From the NCBI GenBank assembly GCA_043228905.1, contig JBHGNT010000005.1, positions 21,576,001-21,640,000 of the forward strand: a stretch of 64,000 nt of DNA, read 5' to 3'. The first letter of the stretch is position 1, and the number at the start of each line of letters is the position of its first letter. The notes under the pieces were generated by a model. It worked only from the letters and a program-made list of their open reading frames with translations. It had not been told where the DNA came from and searched no databases. Below are positions 26,101-38,444 of the stretch, piece after piece. A program made the translations under genes and the position numbers. This DNA is from Azolla caroliniana. Taxonomy: Eukaryota > Plantae > Polypodiophyta.

Positions 26101-29100
26101 GTGCATTCTGGCACCTTTTTCGAGTGTGTGCACGTCGTGTACTAAAATAGCATTATGTCCTGTGGTAGCGCTTAAATGCCCACTACGTACCTTTTCGTTC
26201 CTCACTCTCTCGTCCATTCATACCTCGCTTTTGCATGATTACTTCGCTTTTTTCTTTTCTTTTTTTCTTTTTTAATGTAGTGTGAGGTTACTTGTCCGTT
26301 GGTCCTACCGGACCCTTACCGGCCTCATTCTCCCCAGTTACCGGCTCGCCGTCTCTGCCTTCTTGGTGGTTGTCGTTTTCGCACCGGTGTCGGTCCTTTG
26401 CTGAAATGGGTTCTTGGGCATTGGTCCTCTATATGGCTTCAATCGGAATCCGTTGACCCATTTGCCTAGCACTTCGCCGACAAGTGTCCCTAACTGGTAG
26501 GACCCATTATACTCACGTGTCAGCCAATACGGGCCGGTCCATCTAAACCGTAGTTTTCCCAGCATCTTGCCCATCCGGGTCTGAAATACTAACACCGGCT
26601 TGCCGATTGCGAACATTTTTTCATTTCCTTTCCTGTGCCAGTCGACAAATGCTTTCCGTCGCCGTTGTTCCAATTCTAAGTGCAGGATGCTTGCCAATCG
26701 TTGTCCCTCAAGTTCACACAGCGTTGTTAATCGTATTGCCTCCGACTCCTTCTCGTTCAGCCGTTCCCGTAGCTGGATCCGTAAGCTGGGTACTTGGAAT
26801 TCCACCGGCATTACCGCCTCTAGTCCGAACGCTAACCGGAACGGTGTTGTTCGAATGCTCGTTTTATATGCTGTCCGGTATGCCCAAAGCGCGCTATGTA
26901 GCTTGGTATCCCAATCTGTTCGGTTTTCGTTGACGATCTTCCGGAGGATATTCTGGAGCGTTTTGTTCGTCAATTCAGCTAACCCGTTTGCTTGCGGATA
27001 GTATGGTGTGCTCCGTTTATGGACAACGGCATAGAATGTCGTCAGGCTTTCAACAAAGAAAGTGCCCCCCTTGGTCGCTTATTAATTCGATTGGGCATCC
27101 GTAACGGCACCAGATGTATTCGTATAGAAATTTTGCCGTTGACGCGGCGGTATTGTCTCTTAAGGCTTTGGCCTCCACCCATTTCGTGCAGTAATCCGTC
27201 GCGACGATGACGTACCGATTACCTGTTCTCATTGCCAGTGGTTTGAACGGTCCAACAAAGTCCAGCCCCCACTTCTGGATTGGTTCGAGTGGTAGTACAG
27301 GCTGGTGTGGCATCCGAGCCTACTCCGTTGGCTAGCCCATTCGCTGGCATAGGTCACATTCTTTTGCGTACCGTACAACATCTCTTAATGTAGTTGGCCA
27401 CCATAGGCCACTTTGCCATATTTTCCTGGCCGTCGCATCTCCGGCATAGTGACCTCTGGCAACTCCGCAGTGGGCTTCCCTCAGTATGAGGTCCTTTTCA
27501 TCGCTACGCACAGCCCGTCTCCATATGTCCTCCGCACCCTTGTGGTAAAGTGTGTCTCGCAGTAAGCAGAAATGTCGGCTTTGCACCGCCAGGCGTTTCC
27601 TTTCGTCCCGGTTCATCTCTTCCAGAGGCAGTCCTGTGCTGAGAAACTGGTGCATATTTGTGAGCCACTCTTGTCTTCCTGTGCCATCATCTCATCTGTT
27701 GCCGTTTCCGTAGTGACTCGAAACAGCTCCGCATCCGGAAACTTGTCCGCTACTCCGTCGCCCATCTCTCCGGACTCTAATCGGCTTAAATAATCCGCTA
27801 CGGCATGCTGTATACCGGGTCGGTGGAATATTTTGAACTCGAATTCCTGTAACAGTAAGGTCCACTAGGCCAACTTACCGGTGAGTGACACCTTGGACAC
27901 CAGGTAGAGGAGTGCCGAATGATCTACATGGAAGGAAAACTTCCTTCCCAATAAATAATGCCGAAACTTTGTCAGACTGTAGATCATCCCTGTAGATCAT
28001 CCCTAGAGCTTCCCGTTCCGTGGTAGAGTAGTTCCGTTCTGCTTGGGATAGCTTTCGGCTGGCATAGTACACTAGCCGGTACCACTTTGGCTCCGTAAGT
28101 TGCATCAGTACGCTTCCGATTGCGATGTCGGAGGCGTCCACGAACACATGAAATTCTTTACTCCAATCCGGAGGCTGCACTACCGGTGCTTGCGACAATA
28201 GTACATTGAGGGCCCTATACGCCCTATCCTCGGTGTCGGTTCACTGGAATGGTGTCCGATGTACGGCGGCATGCAACGGTGTAGCTAGGTCGGCCAAGTA
28301 TCGGAGCATCCGGCTGTGCCACCGGATCTGGCCTAAGAACCAGCTCAATGCCTTTGCCATTGCCGGTGCCGATGCTTCTAGTATGGCTTTCACTTTGTCT
28401 GGGTCGACTGCAATGCCTTCCTGGCTCACAATATGTCCTAGTAAGGTTCCACTGGACACGCCAAATACACACTTTGCCGGATTCAAGCTTAGCCAGTACG
28501 CTCTACACTTTTCTAGACAAAGACGAAGGTGCTGAAAATGGTCCTCCTCCCGGCTATAGACGGCGAAATCGTCAAGCAAAACCTCCATAAAAGCTGGGAT
28601 ATATTCACCAAAGATTTCCATGATGATTCGTTGAAATGTTGCCGGTGCAGTTTTGAGTCTGAACATCATCACTACAGCCACAAACACCCCCCATTCTGTG
28701 ACAAAAGTCGTTTTCTCTTGGTCATCGGGGTGCATCCGGATCTGATTATACCCACTGAATCCGTCTAGAAAGCTATAGACCTCATGGCCGGCGACGGCAT
28801 CCAACACTCTATCTGTGTACGGAAGTGGAAACGCATCTGTTACCGTAGCCGCATTGAGTTTCCGGTAGTCCACACAAACTCGAATTTTTCCATTCTTCTT
28901 TGGTACGACTACGATCGGGCTCAGCCATGTCGCTTTCTTTACCGGACGGATAAAGCTAACTCTTAGCAGTTTGTTGATTTCCTCCTTGACTTTGGCGGCA
29001 TAATTGGGATTCATCCGGTACCGTCTTTGTGCCACTGGTTTTGCGTCCTTGCTCAAGTGAATCTGATGCTGGTATAATTGAGGGTCGAGCCCTCGCATGT

Positions 29101-32100
29101 CTTCGTATGACCAGGCGAACACGTCGCGAAATTCCGTGAGAAGTGTGATCATCGCCGTTTTGTCTTCGGACTTCATCTCCTTGGCGATGTGCACCGGTTT
29201 TGCTTCGTCCGTGGTCCCTAGGTTCACTTCGTCAAGTTGCGACACTTTTACGCGCTATGAAACGGCCATTTCCTGTTCCAACGCTTCCTGCGCTTGCCGT
29301 AACTCTCGGATTGCGTCTTTATCCGGTTCTGCTTCAGCCTCTTCCAGCTGCAGTAAGTATGGTGCTACTGCTTCGGCAATGTCAATTTCGAAGAGGGGTA
29401 CGATCTTCGGGTTTTCCTACAAGTACTGAGCTTCTTCTTCTTCAGCTAACCCTTCTAGCATGTTGACGCACTCTACATACAACGGTGTACATTCCTTGCC
29501 AATGCTCGTCCTTGGCTGTGTTGGTACCTGTACCTTGGCTTTTCCTCGCCGGAAGGTAATTATATTTTTCCTCCAATTCTGTTTGATATGTGCCGTTTTC
29601 AACCACGGCCGCCCCAGCAATAGCGGGTATGCGCCTTGTGCCTGTAATTGTAGCATTACTGTCGAGATGTGAAATGTATGACCGCCAACGGTGACTTCTA
29701 ATTTTCGTATTAATCCTATCGGCTGCATTGAGCTTGTATCGGCCATCCGTAACCAGAACGGACACGGCTCCAACTCGTGGATTCCCAAGGCATCACACGT
29801 CCAGAGGCTTATTACATTCACCCTAGAGCCTCCGTCTATTACTGTGCCGGGGAGTTCTTTCCCTTTTACAATGCCAGTAATTACCGGGCTATTGGTGTCC
29901 ACCACCATTGGTCCCTCCTCCGGATTCGAGAAGAGTACCAGTGCCGGTGATGATTCTCCTTCCGTCATGGTTGTCTTCAGTCCTTCCGTGAATCTCGGCA
30001 CGAGCTGTAGGAGTCTTCCTAGTGGCAGCGTAATCTGGCATTCTTGCAACGCCTGCAATGTCTCGTTCTCGGAGTGACTGCCGCCGGCAAGCCCTACGGT
30101 GTTCTCCTTTTGCCGTTGTAAGTCTGTGACATTTTGCTCGTTTGCTTTCTTCACCCATTCCGTCGCTTGCTTCCGGATAGTCTCCTGCGTCTCCCATTTG
30201 TTGGCCATGCCCTTCGACCTTGTGGTCACCTACTGTAGATCTGCCACTTCAGGGACTACCATATTTTCTACCGGTCGTTTGTCATTGCTCTTCGCCAGGC
30301 ATTGATTACTATAATGGCCTTCCTGTCGGCAGTAGTAGCAGTAGGCTTTCCGGGTATTGCTGGATTCGGCATTGTCTGTTGTACCCGAGGCAGGTCCCGT
30401 GGTAAGCGCGGGGTTTTGGGCCGGTTGGCTGCTTGAAGCTCCTTGTTCCGGATCCCGTGGGTAGCCGCCTTTTTTGAAATGCCGTTTTTTGTTATAGTTC
30501 TTCTTATTGCGGTACTCTTGAGGAGGTTGGTCATTAAATTTTCCGTATTCCTCCCGTTGCTGACGATACCAGGGGGAGTGCTCCCGGTCGTAATGTTCGT
30601 ATCGTCTATTGTAATCCCGGTACCGATCATATCTATCGTACCGGTCATAGTTATCCCGCCGATCACCGTACCGGACCTCATTCTCCCGTCGACCGCCATA
30701 CCAGACATCCTGTGCTGGTCAGTCGCGGTCCATTCGCCCCTAGCGTTCCTCTTCTTCATCCCGGCTGCTGCTTGGCTCTATTTGTCGGACGGGCAGTGCT
30801 TGTCGGTTCAATAGATTATACTCGCACCTATCCATCGTATGGCCCTTGGATTGACAGATTACACATTGCGTCCTCATAGTGCATTCTAGTGCCGAGTGTC
30901 CGGAATTCAAGCAGGTTGTGCATTGTATTGCTTGCCGAAACCGGAGGTCTTCATCGAATGGTAACGCCCGTTGGAGTGCTCCAAGTGTGAGTCAGGAGCT
31001 TGTCTTTTCCATCTCTCTCACCCGGTCAATGACCTGGTCGATGGTACTTGCGCGGAAGTCAATTACCGTGCAAACCGTGCGTAGGGGTTCCCGGAGCGCA
31101 TTTAGGAATATAGTCCGTAATTCCTCCTCCGGGGGTGCGCGGGCAAGCTAACTATGCATCCGTTGAAACCGGATGACAAACTGGGGAATGCTCTCCCCTG
31201 CCTCCTGTCGGATGGTATAAAATAAGCCCACCATTACTATTTGGTCCACCTCCATTTGGAAAAAATGCAAGAATTTAGCTTTTAAATCAGCGAAGGTGGT
31301 GATGGTAGACGGGTCCTGCGTCCGGCGCCATCTCGCTGCCGGTCCCTCCAATGTGACGCCAAATTCTACTATCTTAGAGCGTTCCTCTTCTTCCGGGGTC
31401 AATCGCTGGGACACATGGTTTGCTTCCCATGTCTGTTCAAAGGCGTGAACATGGGCTTCCGCGTCCGGATCATCTCTATACTTGGAGTACTGGAACGGCA
31501 TGTCGTCGTCCGGTATCGGTGCGCGGGCTAGCGGTGTTGGTGGTCGTTCCTGGTTTTTCTCCGGCGTCGGTGGTCTTTCCTAATTTGTTTCCGGTGTCGG
31601 TGGTCTTTCCTCTTCTTTTGGTGACGGAGGCCTCTCCTCCTCGACTTCCGATGTCGGAGGTCGCTCTTCCTCTGCTGGTTTCGGAGGTTCCAGCCTTAGC
31701 ACTTCCGGTTCCGGTGTCGGTAAGGTGTCTGATCCTTCGTCCTCCGGTCCGCCCGAGGTTTCGTTGCTGCTACGGTAGTTCGTGTGCACGCTGTATTCCC
31801 CTTCGGATCCGATTCATACGCTGAAAAGGCTTCTGCTTTGCCTTCTCCGCTTGCCAACGCCTGGAGAAGGGATTCGGTTTCCCGGAGGCTGCTTAGGCTG
31901 CTGCCGTCATCCAAGTGCAATGTTTGCTGTAACCAGAGGGACTCCTCCGCTACTCTCCAGATTACGTTGGAAAACGAACGATCCGCTCTAATTTCCTGCG
32001 CCACTTGCTGGAAAGCCTCACGTCTCCTTTGCCTTTCGGCAAGGCGTCGAGTTCGATCTGTAACCAGGTCGTGCGTAGATCTAGTCATCCCTTCGTGCCG

Positions 32101-32576
32101 TCGTTCACTGCAACAACAGGAATCGTGGTCGCCAAAAACTGTGTTAACTCTTAGGGCCAGACAATGGTCTAACACAGGGTGTCTACGGAAGACACTTCAC
32201 CAAAGGGGTGTTACGGCAAGAGGATTAGGATCAACGATTAATCCAACTTAATTAGGTTACTTAGCAAGATCGTCCTTAATAATCACACGCGTAAGATATA
32301 ACAATGAATGCAGAACGGAAATTAACACAGAGATATAAAAAACACTAATCTTTATTAATTATCCGCTGCTCATTACATTGTATCCGGGCCTTTAAATAGG
32401 TTTCCGGTCTGTAGTACAAAACGGTGCCATCCGCACCTGTTCGGGATCGGTCCGGATCTGGAACGGCATATCGATTCCAGTCCGTCCGTCCACACTAATA
32501 GCTTACTTACAACCATTCCTAATAATTAAATAACTCCTTCGTTTCACACTCTGGACTCCTTTGCCGGCCGGTAACA
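23145..32576 (-). mobile_element. Full-length non-chromoviral Ty3/Gypsy element F (Athila/Tat-like) with an extra 3' ORF, inserted in the Copia A 3' LTR
   Basis: 435-bp LTRs 23145-23579 and 32142-32576; TSD AGTCA at 23140-23144 and 32577-32581; PBS TGGCGACCACG on -; gag ~31500-30270; protease IDGGS; RT 28241-29245 (LDGFSGYNQI, LDD); RNase H; integrase 26338-27655. Confidence 0.95.
23600..25911 (-). pseudogene. Extra ORF of element F downstream of integrase (helical domain plus coiled coil), frameshifted
   Basis: Consecutive minus ORFs 25414-26217 (likely start MDPQTLS at ~25911), 24209-24736 and 23749-24471 with Q/E/K-rich heptad-like segments, lying between integrase and the 3' LTR. Confidence 0.6.
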
Positions 32577-32728
32577 AGTCAGACTCCTCATAGTTAGTGT
32601 CAGCCGCTCATATGAGCATTGAAGTACATAGTACTTCTGTCAATCCTTTTGAGGACTTGTGTAAATAGTGTTGTTTAGCATGACTGTATGTACAAAGTTA
32701 CAAAGAGTTATTTTTTAATTGTGTTTAT

Positions 32729-32730
<2 letters not shown>

Positions 32731-32798
<68 letters not shown>
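32731..32798. repeat. (CT)n microsatellite within the Copia A 3' LTR
   Basis: Perfect TC dinucleotide run. Confidence 0.95.
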
Positions 32799-32801
<3 letters not shown>

Positions 32802-33149
32802 TGTATGCTAAGTACTCTCTAGTTTCCATTGAACCTATTTTTATTCTCTGTCTCTACCCGGCTAAACTGGTTTGTCAAATCTTCCGTACGCTAACTTTTA
32901 CAATACATCTAGAAACACGTTCGCGTTCACAAGTGGAAGGATTGCGCATTCCACTTGTAGAATCTTCTTAAAACGAAGCAAATACACCCTCTCTACAAAA
33001 ATTGGATGCACTAGTATCACATGTTCCTCAACTTGATGAGAATTTGCAAATATAAAAATACATGATAGATCTACGAGTGGAGATCATTAGAAATCATGCA
33101 AGTTTAGACATGTTGATAAGTTAATGTAGGCATAATAAAGTTCAACTAT

Positions 33150-33567
33150 GGCTCAATATGGCACTATTGTGCGACAAGGGAAACACTAACTTAAAGACTT
33201 ATATTAATTAGGTAAGTTTTACAAAAATATGAGGTGTACTTGTATCCATACTAATAAAATGAGATATAATTTATACTTTGACCCATACGTGCATGTATGT
33301 AATTGTGGAAAATGTAGGATAGTGCACATTAGGATAAGTGATTGGAATAACTAACTTATTAAAGTATTCAATACTTGTATTTAAAGTTGATCTAATCTAT
33401 TCCTCAGTTTGTTCATATGAGATCAAACCATATGTGTATATAATTGTGCACAATGTAAGGCAGTGAACTTTAGGATAATGTCGTGGAAATAACAAACCTA
33501 TTAGGCTTTCATACCTGTATTTAAAATTGGTCTACTCTATTGCTTAGGTGATTCACACAAGATCAAA
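33150..33567. repeat. Degenerate ~145-bp subterminal tandem repeat (2-3 copies) inside the transposon
   Basis: CCATA..TGTAT.TAATTGTG..AATGTA.G..AGTG...TTAGGATAA...TGTATTTAAA.TTG.TCTA.TCTATT...AGATCAAA at ~33283-33427 and ~33428-33567, with a weaker copy upstream. Confidence 0.7.
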
Positions 33568-35385
33568 CTCCGAACGATAACGCAACTGGAACCATTATCA
33601 ACACACTACACAATCTAAGCAGCAATGGAATAGAAACATAATAGTTTTAACAATAGAAGACAAAGATCCATAATAACAACATGGACAGTCATGGCAACAA
33701 TTATAGGGCCATGTTCTATTAAGGTTAGCTTGGACCAAAATCAGCCTCCATTTAAACTAGTTCATGTTTCTCCATAAGTTTGGTAGTCAGCTATGCACGC
33801 GGTGAAACCAATGTCATAAATCTACTAATCAAGTATATAAAAATAAAATTGAAACATATAGAAGATTATAAAGAATAGAATCCACTAGGTAAAACCCAAT
33901 ATTTGTATTAATAATGTGAAATCTTAACAAATCGTCAGTGTCATATTCTTCATAGAGTCTATTACATAGCAATCAATTCATCAACGTCATTTTCTTCATC
34001 ATCTTGTGTAGAACTGTCTTCGGCTATACGTGCATTGGTTTCCCCTGTTAGCCGAGCCAACGAAATATCTTCTATAAGCTCATCATCAAGCTCTATTAGC
34101 TCCCCCGGTTCGCCGGCTAACGGAGGAATAGGCTCTCGCGAAGCAGGTTGAAACCTTTCTGTATTGGCGAGGTTCTTTGCACCGACCTCCTCATCCTGGT
34201 CTGGGCACTCCCACAAAGCCTTAATCCGCATATTAATAAATATAACTTGGTCCTCGTCCTTCTCCAATGCAACTGTATTTCTAAACAGCTTCAATGCACA
34301 TGCTGACGTAGTTCCTGTGATGTAAGTAACAAGAAGATTTAGTTGTCAAACGAAAAAAAAGTGATTGGTTATCTCAAGATCGTTACTCTAGTTCGAGGAA
34401 TACCTGTGCCAGAAAAGAGATCTAATATCCAGTCTCCTTCGACAGAAAACATCTCGATCAAGCGCATCATAAGTCGTTGAGGTTTTTGGTATGGGTTGAC
34501 AAGTCCCCGTTCTGTCGTGGTGACATGTCGCAATTTCCGAGTCACTACTGGATATACCAACAGATTTGAACCTCCCACTTCATTAGAATGCTCTTTGATT
34601 CTCTGTTTCTTAATTTCATCGAAGTAGCCAACCGTTATGTATTCAATGGCATTAACAAACCGAAAAGTTGGCCCTCTATTTACATTGGTCTTGATCCTAT
34701 AAAAAATAATACATCGAGTTAAGAATAGATTCAACAACCTTAAGAAATGCAATATAGTGAAAGACACCTATAAATAATCCTTACCATGCAAGGTTCTCGA
34801 TGCCATGGCAACGAGATCTCAAAGCTTGAGCTACCGAGTACCCTTGGTCCATACTATGAAAGACAACTATTCGCCACAAGGATGCGGTCGTTAGCTCAGC
34901 GAAATCCTTGACCATCTTCTCCAATTGTTTAAACCTAAACGGTTCATCGTCGTATGATGACCCAGCCATTCGAAATCCGTAAGGAATATCCGCAATCATT
35001 AGCGTATATTCCTTCTTTGGCACCTTCTGGATCAAGTCGATGACATCACCGCAAACCACATTGTAGTAAAGATCTCTTGTAATATCTTTTTTGTGGCTAA
35101 ATTTTTTAAAGGAGCCATCTTCCTCCATTTCGTACGCCTTAACTAAGCGACGATCCTTTTCTTTTCTGGCTCGTTCGAGATGTGCAAGGAAGGATGTAGG
35201 GAAATCGTGTATATCCTTAACTTCTCCTTGTTTCTTGCCTCGACATGGTTTCTAATAGAAGCAATAGGACATCAGGTATTATTATACAAGCTCTACATAT
35301 GATGAAAGGGTAATGAAAAAACATGAATACTAACCCAATCCTTGAATGCAATAAAATACTCTGATAACGCCTTATACGAAGACGT

Positions 35386-36205
35386 TGTCGTAGTGTAGGT
35401 TGCACACTATGTGGAAATTATATTTTTGTCCCTCCGGATAGAGAATGGAGTGCTCGGTGAGAACCGGAAGAAAACGGCATACCGGCAAGGAGGAAAACGG
35501 CATACCGGCAAGGAAGAAAACGGCATACTGGCAAGGAAGAGCCGGATAAAGAGACATAAATGTAAAAAAAAAAAAAAAGGAAATACTCACTACTGTGCAG
35601 GGCGTGAGTCGAACTCTGCACCTCCACGTTGACAAACCCCAACCTTACCATTACATTAACTTATCTTAAGTGTTTTAAATATAGATTTAATACGTATAAG
35701 ACCTTTATTTATGCATACCTTTATTAAAAGGTAAATCATGTATTTTTTTTTTAATATATGAAAAAAAAAAAAAACACGAGACACTAAAAATAACTCATGC
35801 ACATCTAGCGTGCATGAGCCCTATACTTAGGAAATAAAAAAAGCATCACATGCACATTTAGTGGACATGAACACTTTTTGTAAAAAAAAAAACATGAAGC
35901 CATGCTTAGCTCTTCCTTCCTTATATAAGGAGGAGAGAAATATATAAAGGGTTGTTGATTATTTGGATTAAGTATTAATCAATACAAAAATTATTCGTGG
36001 GATTCACGATTTATACATCTACTTCTCTCTTAACACCCTAAGTACCAATTAATATAGTATACTCGTGTGATTCACGAGTTTCTTATCTTTCTCTTCGCTA
36101 TTTATTCATAATTAATCTCTATCTCACGAACTTCTTTCTCCTAGTCCAAGACCTCTGTGGTTCCCACCCGACTCACGCAACGATCCGGAGCCGAAAGGCA
36201 CGACA
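35386..36205. mobile_element. Solo LTR (820 bp) inserted in exon 3 of the methyltransferase gene
   Basis: TGTCGT...ACGACA termini; 4-bp TSD ACGT at 35382-35385 and 36206-36209. Removal restores the frame ...EDYPLTSSYKALSEYFIAFKDW. Internal 24-bp repeats ~35466-35540. Confidence 0.88.
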
Positions 36206-38444
36206 ACGTTAGAGGATAATCCTCGGTCACTTGTTCCCAAGTTATACATCCAAGTTGTTTCATCATAACTTCTTGGATTTTCATGTACACCTTATGACTG
36301 TAAAATTAGAAATCCAGATTAGAACTCTGAATTACACTAGATAGACTACAATTTCAGTATTTGAGGGACTTACTTATTGAACTCAGTGACCATTTCTTCA
36401 AGGCTTAAATCTTTCGCCACAACCCTTGACAAAACCGACACAAGAAGCTGCTCATCCTTAATACCTTGCATCGCTCTCCATAGAGACAGCTTCATGTCAT
36501 CTGCCGCTTCTTCAATTGTCAAGTCAATTTTCTTGGCGGCTTGTGACTTTAACTCTAGTTGAGGGTCAACCCTACATTTCTTTTGTCGTTGACCCTTTAC
36601 CTCCTTATTCTCCCACATTGAGAAGATTTGATCTTGTAGGTCCCATACTTCTCCATCTCTAAACGCCAATTGAAACCAAGACTCATACTTTCGAAGACCA
36701 TCGGACCTAACGTTATCATCTACCACAATGCCGACTTCATGCAGACATTGACGTCGAAGGCCTGGATGTAACTTCACACCAAACTTTTGTTTCACATCTA
36801 AATACTCGTGGTGGAAGAACCGTATACGCTCAATGGACGACATTTTCTGCCTATAGTCATTATCATTATTATGGTCCCATGCCAACAGCTTAGCCTCTTC
36901 GGTTGTGAGCCCAACATAAATTTTGCACTCGGCATACTTGAAGAAGAAAGTGGTTGGATGTTCTCTCACAAGTTGCCGACGTGCCTCTGCTGAATGCGAT
37001 CCACCAATGACAAAATAATTATATTGATCATGTTTTCTAATATCAAAATCTTCAATGGTTTCACATTCTTCAGGATCTACCATAACAATAAAAGGCACCA
37101 CAATGGCATGAGGATTAATTTTCATTTTTTTCTTGAGATTTTGAACATGCATGCGGTGAGGCTCTCTAATCTCAAGTGGTCTTCGACCTGTTTTTTCATC
37201 AATAGGGGGCCGATGGATGTGTGTTATAGGCAAATTAAATACTTGCCCTTTCCTGACCAGCTTCCGTTGCATTAACTCTCTCCTTATTTTATTCTGCTCG
37301 GATGACAAAACACCCGAGGCCAGCTCAGCTCCTGGCGTCCCCTTATTATCCTCCTCTTCGTTTTCACTTGTTGAATCCGTATCCGACATTTTCGTTGTCT
37401 TCTTCTTTGCTGGTCTTGACTAGACTTTGGAAACCTTTTTTGTTGGCTTCAATGGGGAGGGCACTTCATCTCTTAGAGTTACATGGCCTTGTATATAAGG
37501 CCTCAAGGTAACAATAAGGTTTTGTGAGCTATCAAGTGCTTTTTTGAACACTTCTGGCCCACAAGATTCTTTTACTAAAAGGTCTTCTGAAAGGAACACT
37601 TTACGTACCCCCTTGGAGCACTCTATCATTACCAGTATGTTGGCCGAATCTGCATCTTCGTAGTCAAATCGTAGAATACGGCCATACATAAATGGGGTTT
37701 CCTTTCCAAGTTACCCCTCACCCTTCTTCTTTGTTGTATACAATACGACTTTTTTCTTTGAGTCGACATATTGCATACACCATTCCTTGTCCGTTAGATC
37801 TCGGTCAGGAAGGTCTTCACCTCCAGTAGCGGCGACAAGTTTCTTTTGGCTAACATTACTATGTGGCTGAGATTTTGTCTCTTCGTTAAAGAGAAGCTTT
37901 TTTCCTCTCTTCATGGTCTCAGGAGCAACCTTGGTCTAGGCTTCGATTGGAGAACCTTGTATGCGAAGCTTTATTTTCTTCACCGGTCGGTCCGACAGGT
38001 TTTCAAACGACCTATTTAAGAAAGTATATGCAAAAACATAAGTTAGGTAGTCACGTAGATTAAGGTTGTATATTAACATGAAGAACAGTTCCCAGGAGCA
38101 GTCCTATATTCAAAAATCTATTATAGGCAGGGCTATTCAACCTAGAAAATATATATCGTAATAAGTAAAAAGGGTTATATATTCTTTTAAATAGTAGGTA
38201 TGACTTATATAGATTCCAAACCTATATTGACGAGAATTTGCTATCGTAAAGGCAATTTGTGGATCATTTTCTACTATTTTAAGCTAAAGTAGGTCATAAA
38301 ACACCTATAATTAGAGCATGTTTTTTTTTAAAAGTAAGGAAAGCCAACATAAAAAGACTGATTTTGCCAGACAATTTGATATCTTTTCCATCCCAAAATT
38401 ATTTGTTACCCCAAAAATACAATTTTTCTCTCTCAAAGCCTTCT

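Larger units (their letters stand above)
1930..32902 (+). mobile_element. Copia A: degenerate Ty1/Copia backbone hosting the nested insertions (5' LTR lies outside the window)
   Basis: gag 1930-2760 (CWYCGKKGHRESEC), protease WYVDSEASNHMT, integrase ~3240-4060, RT 4564-5990 ([23 protein letters not shown]), RNase H 6050-6559 continuing at 22171 (ARTKHIEVHYHF), PPT TTGAGGGGGAG 22970-22980, 3' LTR 22981-23144 plus 32577-32902. Multiple stops and frameshifts. Confidence 0.9.

Noticed and set aside
35372-35651. Short ORFs as exons of the MTase gene
   Set aside because: They lie inside the solo LTR at 35386-36205 and reflect its 24-bp repeats.
33962-37389. Bacterial or phage contamination, or a restriction-modification operon
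   Set aside because: The gene has five phase-consistent GT-AG introns and an LTR insertion, lies within TIRs among plant retroelements, and no endonuclease is visible.
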